Shown here one piece after another: positions 52,980 through 64,000 of a stretch of 64,000 nt of DNA. A program made the translations under genes and the position numbers. The DNA comes from Camelus ferus (taxonomy: Eukaryota), in the NCBI RefSeq assembly GCF_009834535.1, contig NC_045697.1, positions 25,360,001 to 25,424,000 of the forward strand, given 5' to 3'. How positions within the stretch are numbered: the first letter of the stretch is position 1; each line of letters opens with the position of its first letter. The notes below the pieces were generated by a model, which saw only the letters and a list, made by a program, of their open reading frames with translations, was not told the DNA's origin and ran no database searches.

Positions 52980-53430
52980 AAAGGAATTGTCAGAAAGTTT
53001 CCAGAAAGCTTGCACAGAGCTGGGAGAAGACATGAGAAACTCTAGAAAGCCAGAAACAGAGACAATATCAGGCCACATAATAGTTAAGAAAGGACCACAA
53101 GTGCAGCTGCACTGTGCTGAATACTGACATCGTGCACTTACCAGCACCACACTGGGGCTCCAATTTGGCAGTTTACACTGCTACCTTTTGAAACTGGATT
53201 AACTGCCATTGCTGCTGCTGCTTTAAGTCCCTAGCTTCTGATTCAGATTTTTGATTCAGCGAATTCATGGCTAAGTCTAGACATTGTGTCCAAACTTTGG
53301 CATTCTGAAAGGCTAGATAAAACATTTCATTTTCTACAGTGGGAGGTGGGCTCCTGTCCCAGTAAGACACACGTATTGGGAAATTCTGGAAATGTATAAA
53401 TGGGATTTATAGGCTAGACAACCTAGGACT
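52980..53430 (-). mobile_element. Old MLT1-type LTR (MLT1M/N-like, tentative)
   Basis: tggctaagtctagaca...ttctacagtgggaggtgggctc...aagacac...gggaaattc resembles old MLT1 subfamilies. Confidence 0.55.
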
Positions 53431-53599
53431 GGCAGATGTACTCAGTAAGGTGCTGTTAATATTTGTTTCCTTGTTGTTTTTGAGAGTGTACTTAATATAA
53501 AATAAATATTAAAAGATTATCTATGGAGAGGAGTGTTAGAGGATGGTGAAGTATGTTGTCATTGTGGCAAATAATAGTGAAATAAACATTATAAAAATT

Positions 53600-54340
53600 C
53601 AAAGATAAGAGACTTTCCTATGAGTTGGGCATTGAAATGAGGGCTGGGACTTAAATAAGCAGGGGAGAGGCAGGGCACCTGATAAAAGACATGACACTGA
53701 GGGAAGAATGAATGGGACATCTTTGGGGTAAAAGTGATTTACAATTTTAGTTGAAGTAATGCATTTGTATAAGTGAATGATGGAATGGTAGAATGATCTC
53801 CATTTGGCCAGATCATTTATGGCCTTGCATGTCAAGGAAAAGGGTTTGAATGTTATTCCAAAGAGAATGAGATGTTATTCAAGAGAAGGGAGAGGCATAT
53901 TTAGGAAGAGTATTCTAACATACAATATTTTGCCTAGTGGAGTTTTGCAGGCATGAAGCCAGGCAGCAGAAAATGCAATAGCTATGAAACATGACTGTAA
54001 TCAATGTAGCATTTTGGAAAGAGAGCAAAATGCTCAAACCTGTGAAATTTTACAAAGCTAATAGAACTTGGTAGAGGAATAAAGCACTGAAGAGAGAAAT
54101 ACATCTCTAAGGTTGTAAGCCTGTATGACTAGAAGAAAGGTAGGTTTTTTGGCATATACAAGAAATAAGGCAGGGAAAATATCTTGTGGTCAAATATTGG
54201 TATATTTTAAATGCTGTGTTTAAAATGGTAGCAGAATATTCAGAAAAACATATTCATACAAAAATAAAAGCCGTGAACTCAAAAAGAAATGACCAAGCTG
54301 AACACACAGGTTTTGGAGACGTTTATAGAGACAAATAACT
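53600..54340 (-). mobile_element. L2 fragment
   Basis: ggccagatcatttatggccttgcatgtcaagg...tctaaggttgtaagcctgtatgactagaaga...ttttggagacgttt, antisense L2. Confidence 0.65.
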
Positions 54341-54659
54341 TTGTTCTCAGGGTACAGAGAAATGAACAGGCTCGAAATCATTAGAGGTCATGTATCTAAA
54401 GCCAAGATGTGTCAATTTGATACTATTCATGAATTCTCATAACCTGAATTTTACAAAATGGATCATTGCTCATAATAATGATGAATTGTATTATTTATCA
54501 TTTATTCTAATTCTATGAATTATTTTTATGTGTTTTATATAAGCTATGTTTATTAAGCAATGCATTACATTCCCAGGCAATTCAGGACAACATCATCTAA
54601 TTTTGCTATCTACATGTTTGTTCATATAAATTTAGTTATGAACTACAATTGAAATTAAG

Positions 54660-55274
54660 TATCACCTCACAGCAGTCAGAATGGCCATCATTCAAAAGTC
54701 ACAAATGATAAATGCTGGATAGGCTGTGGAGAAAAGGGAACCATCCTACACTGTTGATGGGAATGCAGTTTGGTGCAGCCATTATTGAAAACAGTATGGA
54801 GATTCCTCAGAAGGGTAAAAATAGACTTACCATATGATCCAGCAATCCCACTCCTGGGCATATAACTAGAGGGAACCTTAATTCAAAAAGACACATGCAC
54901 CCCAATATTCATAACAGAACTATTTATAGTAGCCAAGACATGGAAACAACCTAAATGTCCATGGACAGATGACTGGATGCAGAAGCTGTGGTATATATAT
55001 ATATATACACTACTCAGCCATAAAAACCAATAAAATAATGCCATTTGCAGCAACATGGAAGGGCCTGGAGATTGTCATTCTAAGTGAAGTAAGCCAGAAA
55101 TAGAAAGAAAAATACCATATGATATCACTCATATGTGGAATTAAAAAAGAAAAAGATAAATGAACTTATTGACAAAACAAACAGACTCACAGACATAGAA
55201 CAGAAACTTAAAGGTAACTAGGGGGAAGAGGATGGAAGGGATAAACTGAGAGTTTGAGATTTGCAGATACTAAC

Positions 55275-55307
<33 letters not shown>

Positions 55308-55516
55308 CACTTATAATATATATAAATAGATAAACAACAAGTTTATACTGTAATGCACAGGGAACTATATTAAATATCTTATAGTAAGTTATGGTGAAAA
55401 AGTATATGAAAACAAATATATATATGTTCATGTATGACTGAAGCATTGTGCGGTACACCAGAAATTGACAACAATGTAAACTGACTATACTTCAATAAAA
55501 AAAAAAAATACAAAAA
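54660..55516 (+). mobile_element. Relatively young 5'-truncated L1 (ORF2 C-terminus, 3'UTR, poly(A))
   Basis: [14 protein letters not shown] followed by a disrupted Cys-rich ORF2 C-terminal region; 3'UTR ending cttcaataaaaaaa; candidate TSD aaattaag (54652-54659 / 55517-55524) preceded by ttg. Confidence 0.92.
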
Positions 55517-56559
55517 AAATTAAGGATCTTACCATGGTTCAGATCTTCAATATCAATAGCTGTGGTATCAAGCTGTGATATAAATGATACTAATTTTTTC
55601 TCACTAGTCATCCTCAGTCTAATTCATATCCAGGTATTGTATGAAATATGCAATAATCCTCTGTTTTTTCCATTGTAAAAATCAGTGTGTTTAATTATGT
55701 AACATAACCACCAAAACTCACGTTAGAAAAGTTACAAATATAGGAAATAGAAAAGCATAAATTCAGAATATGTTTGCATTTCAATTTCAAGTTTTCCTTG
55801 TTGAAGGTTGTGGAAAATTACGTTTGTTTATTAGTGTTCATTATTCTGAATCAAAGAAGCAAGTCAAATTAGTTTTGCTCAATGCAAGTCTAAAAGAGTC
55901 TCTGATCGTTACTTCATAATAATAGTGGTGAGCTGAAAACAAATCTTGACTGATGCAAATTATAAATAAACCTTATATGCCAAAAATTAAGTTGCTTACT
56001 TTCTGTTTTGCTTTCCAAAAGTAACCTCATTTCTCTAAATCTTATTTGCCTCTTTGGTAAAATGTAATGGTTTGTGGGATTATTGTAAGCATAAAATATA
56101 AGTAGAAAATAGTCTGTAAATTATTAAGTGGATAACAGGGTTCACCCAAACAAATAACTTAAAACCAAATATCATAAAAACAGAAATGAAAACTTTCCAT
56201 TGACCTCATAGGTGGCCATAGAAATAAATGTCTATTAAAAGTTACTTATACCTATTTTATTTACCTCTCACCTCTTTGTCATTTTCAACCTACCCTACTC
56301 TAGCTAATGTCCCCAGCATTACACTGAAACTGGCCTAGAGTCTAGACAATGCACCCGATGCCATTCTCATTGCAAAATTTAAGAAAGCCCACCATGTCGA
56401 GGGAGAGCTTGGGGAAATTTTAGCCCCTGTCTTTTCCTCCATCACCTCCTCATCAAGCCATAGTAAATGAAGATATATAATCTAAGTAAAACTGGTCTTC
56501 TCTTTCCCTCCAAACACATACTCTTGACTTTCTTTAAAGCTCTCCTATGTAAAAATTAT

Positions 56560-57800
56560 AGAGCTATTACTGGTAAGCATTTTCTCCTTCATGAAATACA
56601 TATTTCTCTTGCTTTCTGCAACACCACAATCTTCTGATTTTCTTGGTCGTGCGTGGCTGCTCCTTCATAGTTATTTTTGCTGAACACTGCTGTTTCAACA
56701 GGCATCTCAATACTGGAACTCTTTAGAACTTAAGTTTAAGTCTTCTCTCTCATCTATATTCTTTCCCAAGATGATCATATCCATTTGGGTTTTCTGCCAA
56801 CTGTATGCTGATTATTCCCAAATTTATATAGTTAGTACAGAACTATTTCTTGAATTCCACAATTAAGATCAACTTCTTATTTGGTAGTTTTGCTTGAAAT
56901 ATCACGTGCATTTTCATTTATCATTTCCAAAATTTAACAGATTTCTCTCAAAACTTGTTTTCTTTCCAACTTTCTCATACCAGTAAATGTTAGTTCTATC
57001 AAAGTCAAAATACTGAGAATCATTCTTGCCTTTTTTTGTTCATTTGCTCTCCATATCTATTCATCAGTAACTTTATTTGTACTACTTAAAAGAATCTTAA
57101 CTTACAACCATTTCTCCCCATTTCTACTGCCAACTACTCTCTCTATTTCTACTCTTACTTCTTTGGTCAATTCCCTATATAACAACCAAATGAAATTTTG
57201 AATAATACACCTTGGTCATAATACACTTAAGTTTTCCAATTGTCTTCCTGTTTTCGAAAGCCATGGGTGATTATCCCCTGCTTATCTCCCCAGCTTTAAC
57301 TAGTGCCATTGTTTTGACTCAGCTGCTGAAGTCTTCCTTTCAGTCTTTATAAAGACACTAGTTTCTTTCCTGATCAAGGGCTTTTGCACATGTTGCCATA
57401 TCTGTGATGAAATCAAGCAGTCCACACACTCACACATCATCTTACTAACTCTCTCTTACCGTCTCTAAACGTCTCCTTTTAATTCAGGTACCATTTTGCC
57501 ACCTCCGATGAAAGACCTTTCCCAACTCTCTCATAGATACAGATATAGATATAGATACAGATACAGATATAGATATAGATACAGATATAGATATAGATAT
57601 AGGTATATACCCCATATGGTCTCTTATAAATGTGTATATTTCTTATGATACTTGCTGCGAAAGTCTATTTATATGTCTGTTTGTTCTTTTAATCATTTTG
57701 TGTCTTTCTTTACTACTTTAACTGTACACCTGAAAAGAGCAAGGACCTCTGCACATCTAACAGTTACTTCAATGCCTGGCACGTAGTACACTCATTTGTC
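56560..57800 (+). mobile_element. Long L2 fragment
   Basis: ttctgcaacaccacaatcttctgattttc...tatgctgattattcccaaatttatat...ctactgccaactac...agggcttttgcacatgttg...aatgcctggcacgtagtacactca is collinear with the L2 3' half. Confidence 0.75.
57535..57602. repeat. (AGATAY)n hexanucleotide microsatellite
   Basis: About 11 agatac/agatat units seen directly. Confidence 0.95.
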
Positions 57801-60800
57801 AAGTTTACATAGAAAAGATAATAATCAAGGATGTTAAATGATGAACTCTAACTAATAATAGTTTTCTGTATTTGGCAAAATACCAAGTAAAAAAATATAT
57901 TAGACACCCATGGCTAAAGAAATTTAGGCCATTCATGTATTCACACACACACAAAAAAATAATTTTATTTATTTTACTTTTTCCCACAATATCTTAAACA
58001 TAGTTACTAGTTTATAAGTATTTTCATTTCATATAACAACCTGTTATCTGTATAGAATTATTACATTTAATGTGTAGATGACAAATCTAAAATTTGAAAT
58101 AGATGAATATTTTTTTCAAGATAATGGAATTAACCAAGATAGAAAAAGGAATCTTGCTTGATCCTTTGGGTTCTGAAGGCAGGTAAAAAGAAAACCACCT
58201 CAGGTGATTCAATTTCAAATAGAAGGCTCTACTCATCTGTACATTATAATTAACTTTGTCATTTCTCCATTAAGCTCTCTTTAATTTAAAAATCTGATTT
58301 CTCTGTGAAAAGGTCGGCATATCTTTTTTGCTCCTCACTGCATTTCTGCCATCCTTTCAAGTCTGAGTGCAAGCTTATGTTACTTGAAAAAGCTCAAGTG
58401 AAAAATGATTTCTCATGGCTTCTTATACAAAAGTGATGTCACTGAAGTATTAAAAAAGTTGGACATGTATCATGTACTCAACTTGAAAAGCATATGTGCA
58501 GTTTAGCTACAATATTTAAAAAATTACTTGTGATAAAAACTCTGCAAAAATTTTCCCTAAAAAGAAGGTATTTCAATCAAAGAAACTGCAAAAGTGTAAT
58601 TCTTTAGATATATTCATTGCTAATTGTGAGTGCTGTCATATTTTAAAATCAATTCACTAGTATAACATCCCACATTGCACATTATTTGGAACCAAACTGA
58701 TACACAGCATCTACATGACAAAAATGAAAGTAGCATATTAATGTTAATTAATCTGAATAATTATCTCTTGTATATGATGGGTCATAAACATCATCTGTGA
58801 TTTATATAAATCAAGATGAATATAGTGCATACATGTTAGGAAAATGATGAAGAATAATATTTTCATGACTGCAGTGAGTTTACTGTTGAGCAGATGAGGA
58901 GGAGGAAAATGGGAGTAGTTAGTTCCCATAGTTTTAATAAAACATATAGAAATGAATGCTTTCATTAATTATTGGGAAAAATAATGGGGGATAATGTTCT
59001 CCTTCTCCTTGGACAAGATTATATCAAATACTTGTCTCTGACAGTACCAAGTAATTATTGAAGTGTCATACATCTATAAGATGCTGTGAATATAAAGGAA
59101 ATTTCATCCAAATTAAAGTAGCCAGTTCATTGCTTCCCTCTGTTATGTATTACACGTCATTTGCACTGACATTGGAAAAGCCAAGATAAAAAATCAAAGT
59201 ATGATATGAATGTATGCCTTTTCTCTCTCTTAATGACCCGCATCTTCCCACTTGAATTGTATCCCTTTCCATCCCCAAATCATTTCCTAGATAGAAAGCA
59301 TCTTAATACTGCTTATTCTCTTAAATTCATCTTTGAATTCACTTTTCTTTTTTCCTCATTTCCATTTACAATCAACTGAGTTAACAATTATTTATATAAA
59401 ATCTCCTTCAATTTCACTCTGATTGAAAAAAAAATGAATAATGTATGTTTCCAGCACAATGTTTCATGTAGGGATCTAAAGATTTCTAAGGAATAGTCCT
59501 TACCTTCAAAGAATTGAATGCATAGTAATCTACTGAAAGAATAAAGGACAAACAAGAGAATAATATAAATGCTACAATAGATGCAAGGAAGATTAGGAAG
59601 ATTTTAGGAATGGTCCACAGAAGAGAGATTTGAGGTGTGTCTGGAAGGATTAATCATTTTTCTAAGCAGGAAAGTAAACAGTTACAATGAATAAAAGGAA
59701 ACATGTATAAACTTTAGAATTGCTAGTTTGATCATGTACAGAAATTATAAAGGATTAAGAAATGAAGCAGATAAGGAGCATATGTTTAAAACAAAAAATC
59801 CCTTAAAGGAGGGAGTGCATGACAGCCTTGCCTTTTCCTATTGTATGGCTTATCATAAAATAATTTTATTTGACTTTCTCACATTTTCCTTCTGCTATCA
59901 CATAGTACATTTTTTACATTCATTAAAGCAATTATTTTACTAAATTGCTTTCCTATTTCTAGGCACAGAATACATAACCTTAATTTGTAACAGAAGATAA
60001 GTAGCAAAAAACACTTTATTCTTGACTATTCTATACAGAAATATGTAACAGAGCAAGGACCCAATAGGGTTTATAGACAAGTTTCACTCAACATTTTGGA
60101 TTGCCTGTAATTTACTTCCACAGATGTAACCATGCATAGAAACCATTTTAAACATAAGTAGCCTTACCATTATATGCACTGGTGAAAAATGGCATGTTCT
60201 GGATTACCAGTCGCTGGGAAAATATTACCCCAATGATGAAATATAAACCTCAATAATGTCATTCAAACTCTAAGCATTTTTTTTTTTTTTTGGCTTACTA
60301 GATTGGGACATTCAAAGAGGCTGGCTCACAAGATTTATTTCTACATTTCTGAATTCATGTCACTACTGAATTCATTCCTGGTTGTTGAGGAGTAGAGATT
60401 ACACATACACATTTCAAATTAAAATAACACTGGATTGTTTCTCAGACTATCATGGTGGATGACGTGTCATGTAGTATTAGGGAAACAGTATTGCCATAGA
60501 GGATAGCTATCCTTTACTGTTCACAAAGTGTTAATTAACTAATCATATACTCACCATTCACTGATAATTAACTGACTGGTTTATTCTCCTCTATTAACTG
60601 ACTCTAACTTTAATGTATTCTTTATTTTTAACTAAATTAACTTTAGGTGGATTATTTATTTATGTATTTATCTATGTATGTATTTTTCTGAGCAGATTCT
60701 TGTCTATAAAATGAAAGTTCAGCCAGTGACATATGTTGCCCATTCTTGCTTCCTGTTTATATATTAGGTGTTCATTTCAACCTCAAATACAATAAAAGTT

Positions 60801-61699
60801 GGCCATTTTCTTATACCTGTCCTGAGTTCTCTCATTTGGTGAGTAACATTTTTATTGAGTCCCTAATATGTTCAAGATAATGTACCTACTAAGTTCAAAG
60901 ACCTGTAAAGAGGGAAGTGGTTAATGAAATTGGTTCTCTATTGTCAAAAAGAATTGGAAGAGAGAGAGGTAGGTGAGACATTACTCTAGGGAATAATGAT
61001 ATTTACAGTAAGATAGAGGAGAAGAATGGCCACCAAATTTCAGTAATTCTGCACAAAGAAATGCCTCTTCCCTGGTTTCTGTAACCTGACCCACTAACAT
61101 AGGTTTGGAAATGAAAGCTCACAATGGCTAGACCAGTTATATGATGCCTTAGCATATTCTGGATAGATTCTTTTAGGTTTCTCAGAATCAATTATATTGA
61201 CCATTGCCTTTGGAACACCAGCCAAAATTAAAACTGAAGTAGTCTTAAAAAAAAAATATTTTAGGGAAAATAGATAAAAATTGGAAAGCTATTGTGCAAA
61301 TGCTTTGACATTCAGATCTTCTTCATATTGTGGATTTAAAGTCAGAGAATACAAAAAGGGAGAGAGTCAGGAAATTATGTATATGTATCTTTCTTTCAAT
61401 TTAAATATAAAATTCTTCATGGTTTCGTTAGGTCTCTAGCTGCAGGACTGTGAAAGCTTAATTGCTTAGTTCATTTTGTCATATGTTATGATCTTGCTGA
61501 ATCTAGAAATCGTAAATCTATGATGGCCCTAATTATACAAATGCATCTTTTTTTTTTTTTTTTTTTTGCTGCCAGGAAGAAAGAAAAGTGAAGATTAGAT
61601 TATTTGACATAAATTTTGCACATGGCAGTGATGGTGGTGTTAAGGAGCATAGCAGAAAAGACAATGGGATTTTGACAGGATTTTTTTTTAATTAGCTAA

Positions 61700-62187
61700 G
61701 GAAGTTAGGTTTAGAGAAGCAACCGATAGGATAAAGATCATATGTAAGAGGAGATTTATTATAGGTATTGGCTCACTAGCTATGGAGGCTGGTGAGTCCT
61801 GTAATCTACCATATGCAAGCTGGAAAAACAGGAAAGCCAACAGTGTAATGAAGTATAGGTCTGAAGACCTAAAAATGGGGAGGGGAGGATGAGGGTCAGT
61901 CATGTAACTGCCTTAAGTCCAACAGCCCAAGAACCAGGGGCACCACTGTCCAAAAGTAGGGGACGAGGAATGTCCCAGCTCAAGCTGAGAGAGTGAATTT
62001 GCCCTTTCTCCACCCTTATTTTTTCTATTCAGGCCCTTGACAAATTGGATGATGATCTTCTTTATTCAGTTTACTGATTCAAATTCTCTCCCAAAGACTT
62101 CCTCATACACTACCCAGAAATATGTTTTACCAGCTATTTGGGAACCCTTTAGCCTAGTCAAGTTAACACATAAAATTAACCATCATA
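61700..62187 (-). mobile_element. MLT2 (ERVL) LTR
   Basis: gagatttattataggtattggctcac...tatggaggctg...caagctgga...tgtcccagctcaagc...ctactgattc-like motif...ctagtcaagttaacacataaaattaaccatca, antisense MLT2B-like. Confidence 0.9.
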
Positions 62188-64000
62188 GGTAGGAAAAAAA
62201 AAAAAAAAAAACGAAGGAAAAAGGAACTATTAGTTCGGGAGAATAACGAAGACTAAGGAACTTATGATTACACCTTTCTTTTATGTAATCGCCAACTCCT
62301 CTATATTAATGAAGGAATGAAGTTTTTTTTTTTAAAGTACAGTTTGATACATAAAGTTTATTCTATTAATTTTTTTCAAAATTTTAGACTTCATGAAATT
62401 TGCTATTTTAAGAATATAAAGAGAGCTCAAAAAAATCTTGTGTTTAATAAAGAATGAATAATACTTCCTTTTCATGACTAGCAAAGATAAGGGTAGTAAA
62501 AGCAATTGTTAAGAGATCTCGATCATTGGGGAAAAGTGGTCTCTGTAAATGTTTTCTATTCCTGCATTTATTAAGACAGTTATATGTTTTTCCTTTTTAA
62601 ATCTTAATGTGTTTGGTTATATTAATAGCTGGACTGCTAATAATTGTCTTGCATTTTTGAGATGTGTCCAATACTGACATTATACATACATGCATTATTT
62701 GGATTCATTTTTTCCTAATATTTTATTTAGGTCATTACATATTTGCAAGTTAATTTGCCTAAAATTTTCAGTTCTCTTATTGTTCTTATCTAGTATTATT
62801 TTTAAGGTTATAACTGCATGATGTAATGAATAATGTAGTGATCCTTCAAAATGAAAATATAAAATATATATTCAAATATAATTCAAACATATTCAAAATG
62901 AAGATAAAATACCTTCTCTAGAACACCAAATATTTTGTAAATGTTTGCATTTATCTCATCCTTGATTTTTTAAGATTTACTTCAGTATGAGGTTATAGGA
63001 CTTTTTTTTTCTTTTCATACAATCAAAAGAATGCATAGCAGTTTTATTGTCATGTGTATATATGTATGTATGACATATGTATAAAGGAAACTGTCAGAAA
63101 CCATTCAAGGTGTCATGTTATTTAAAATAGACTTAAACAAATGAGAGAGTTTCAAATTGCACAGAAGAGAATAAAAATTTACCCAATCTTGATAAAATTC
63201 TCTTCCATAATAATGGATTTATATTTGAAGAAATAGAAAGTGTAGAATAAATGTGAAAAATGAATACAGAAAAAAATCTACTTTTTCTGACTTGCTTAGC
63301 AACATAAGTAATTTCCCCTTTCTTCGTGTCTGTAGCTCCAGTCTAGTCCAGCTCTAAGCCAGGAAATTTGTCTATTCCAATGAATATTTTTCTCAAGTAT
63401 GTTTTTCACAAAAGTATATGGAGTTAACTTTGTGTGAAATAAATAACAATGAAGACTAAATCTCTTTACCTGAAAAAACACCATTATATATTCCCTGCTA
63501 AGGAAACAATCTCAACTCACTTTTTAGCTTTTGTTATTCTATCTTGTCACATTTATTTTTTTTGAGGCCAATCTGTCTTGAAAAAATTCAGCGTATTCTT
63601 CATACATATACAGTTTTATTTACCAGCATAATTTGGGTTTAAGGGTGTTAATTTAAAGGACCAAAGTATATTGAAAATCTGACTCCCTTGCCATTTCTTT
63701 TCTCCAAAAACCCTGTCGAGAGGGAGAGGTATTCTATTTTCAGCACTTACTCCTGAACTAACTTTGGCAGTCTCTGTTCCCACATGCAAAACTCAATTAC
63801 AGTTCTTCAAAACTACATTAACACCGATCTTGCTAATTTCATTAGTATTATTTTTATGCTTTTGTTTAAATTGGTAATGTAGAATTCATTAAAATATCAT
63901 CTCCCTTGGGAAACAGCAGAAGCATGATTTTCTTGTGGCCGTATTTATAATCACAAGGGGTCATTTTAAGGGGAGACCCAATTAAAAAAAAATTCTAGTA

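Noticed and set aside
60530..60645. Cluster of ttaac/ctaac/ctgac branch-point-like motifs with a minus-strand gtgagt donor
   Set aside because: No well-formed acceptor or exon nearby; consistent with low-complexity AT-rich sequence.
1..64000. Supplied six-frame ORFs (60-159 aa) as protein-coding genes
   Set aside because: Short, many start at TTG/GTG, enriched in F/L/I/S as expected from AT-rich DNA, several lie inside repeats, and none resembles a protein I know except the L1 ORF1 remnant.
1..64000. Prokaryotic systems (CRISPR array, operon, defence island, phage)
   Set aside because: No repeat-spacer array or gene-dense region; the repeat content is mammalian.

Overview
AT-rich placental-mammal non-coding DNA (intergenic or deep intronic), most likely from a camelid: a tRNA-Ala-derived vic-1-type SINE lies at 7794-7963, and I saw no Alu, B1, Bov-B or SINEC. 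No intact protein-coding gene, rRNA, tRNA gene or CRISPR array is supported. The supplied ORFs look like chance frames, except 26988-27236, which is a decayed LINE-1 ORF1 fragment. The recognisable content is transposon-derived: old MIR and L2 fragments, MaLR/ERVL LTRs (MLT1, MLT2, MER21), three ERV1-type LTRs clustered at 45.1-48.7 kb, several L1 pieces and microsatellites. The strongest unusual signal is a 159-nt insertion at 17821-17979 (- strand). It matches the predicted R region (start site to poly(A) site) of the LTR family present as a solo LTR at 46070-46704, and it has an A tail, a 9-bp target-site duplication (TSD) and an L1 endonuclease site. That suggests a short LTR-initiated, LTR-terminated RNA copied by L1, a possible SINE-like LTR derivative. 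A second candidate is an L1 at 25653-27605 that keeps its 5' end, jumps from the 5'UTR into mid-ORF1 and ends in an A-tract inside the endonuclease domain. Repeat names come from recalled consensus sequences, not a database search. Boundaries of old repeats are approximate, and the exon and regulatory candidates are unverified.
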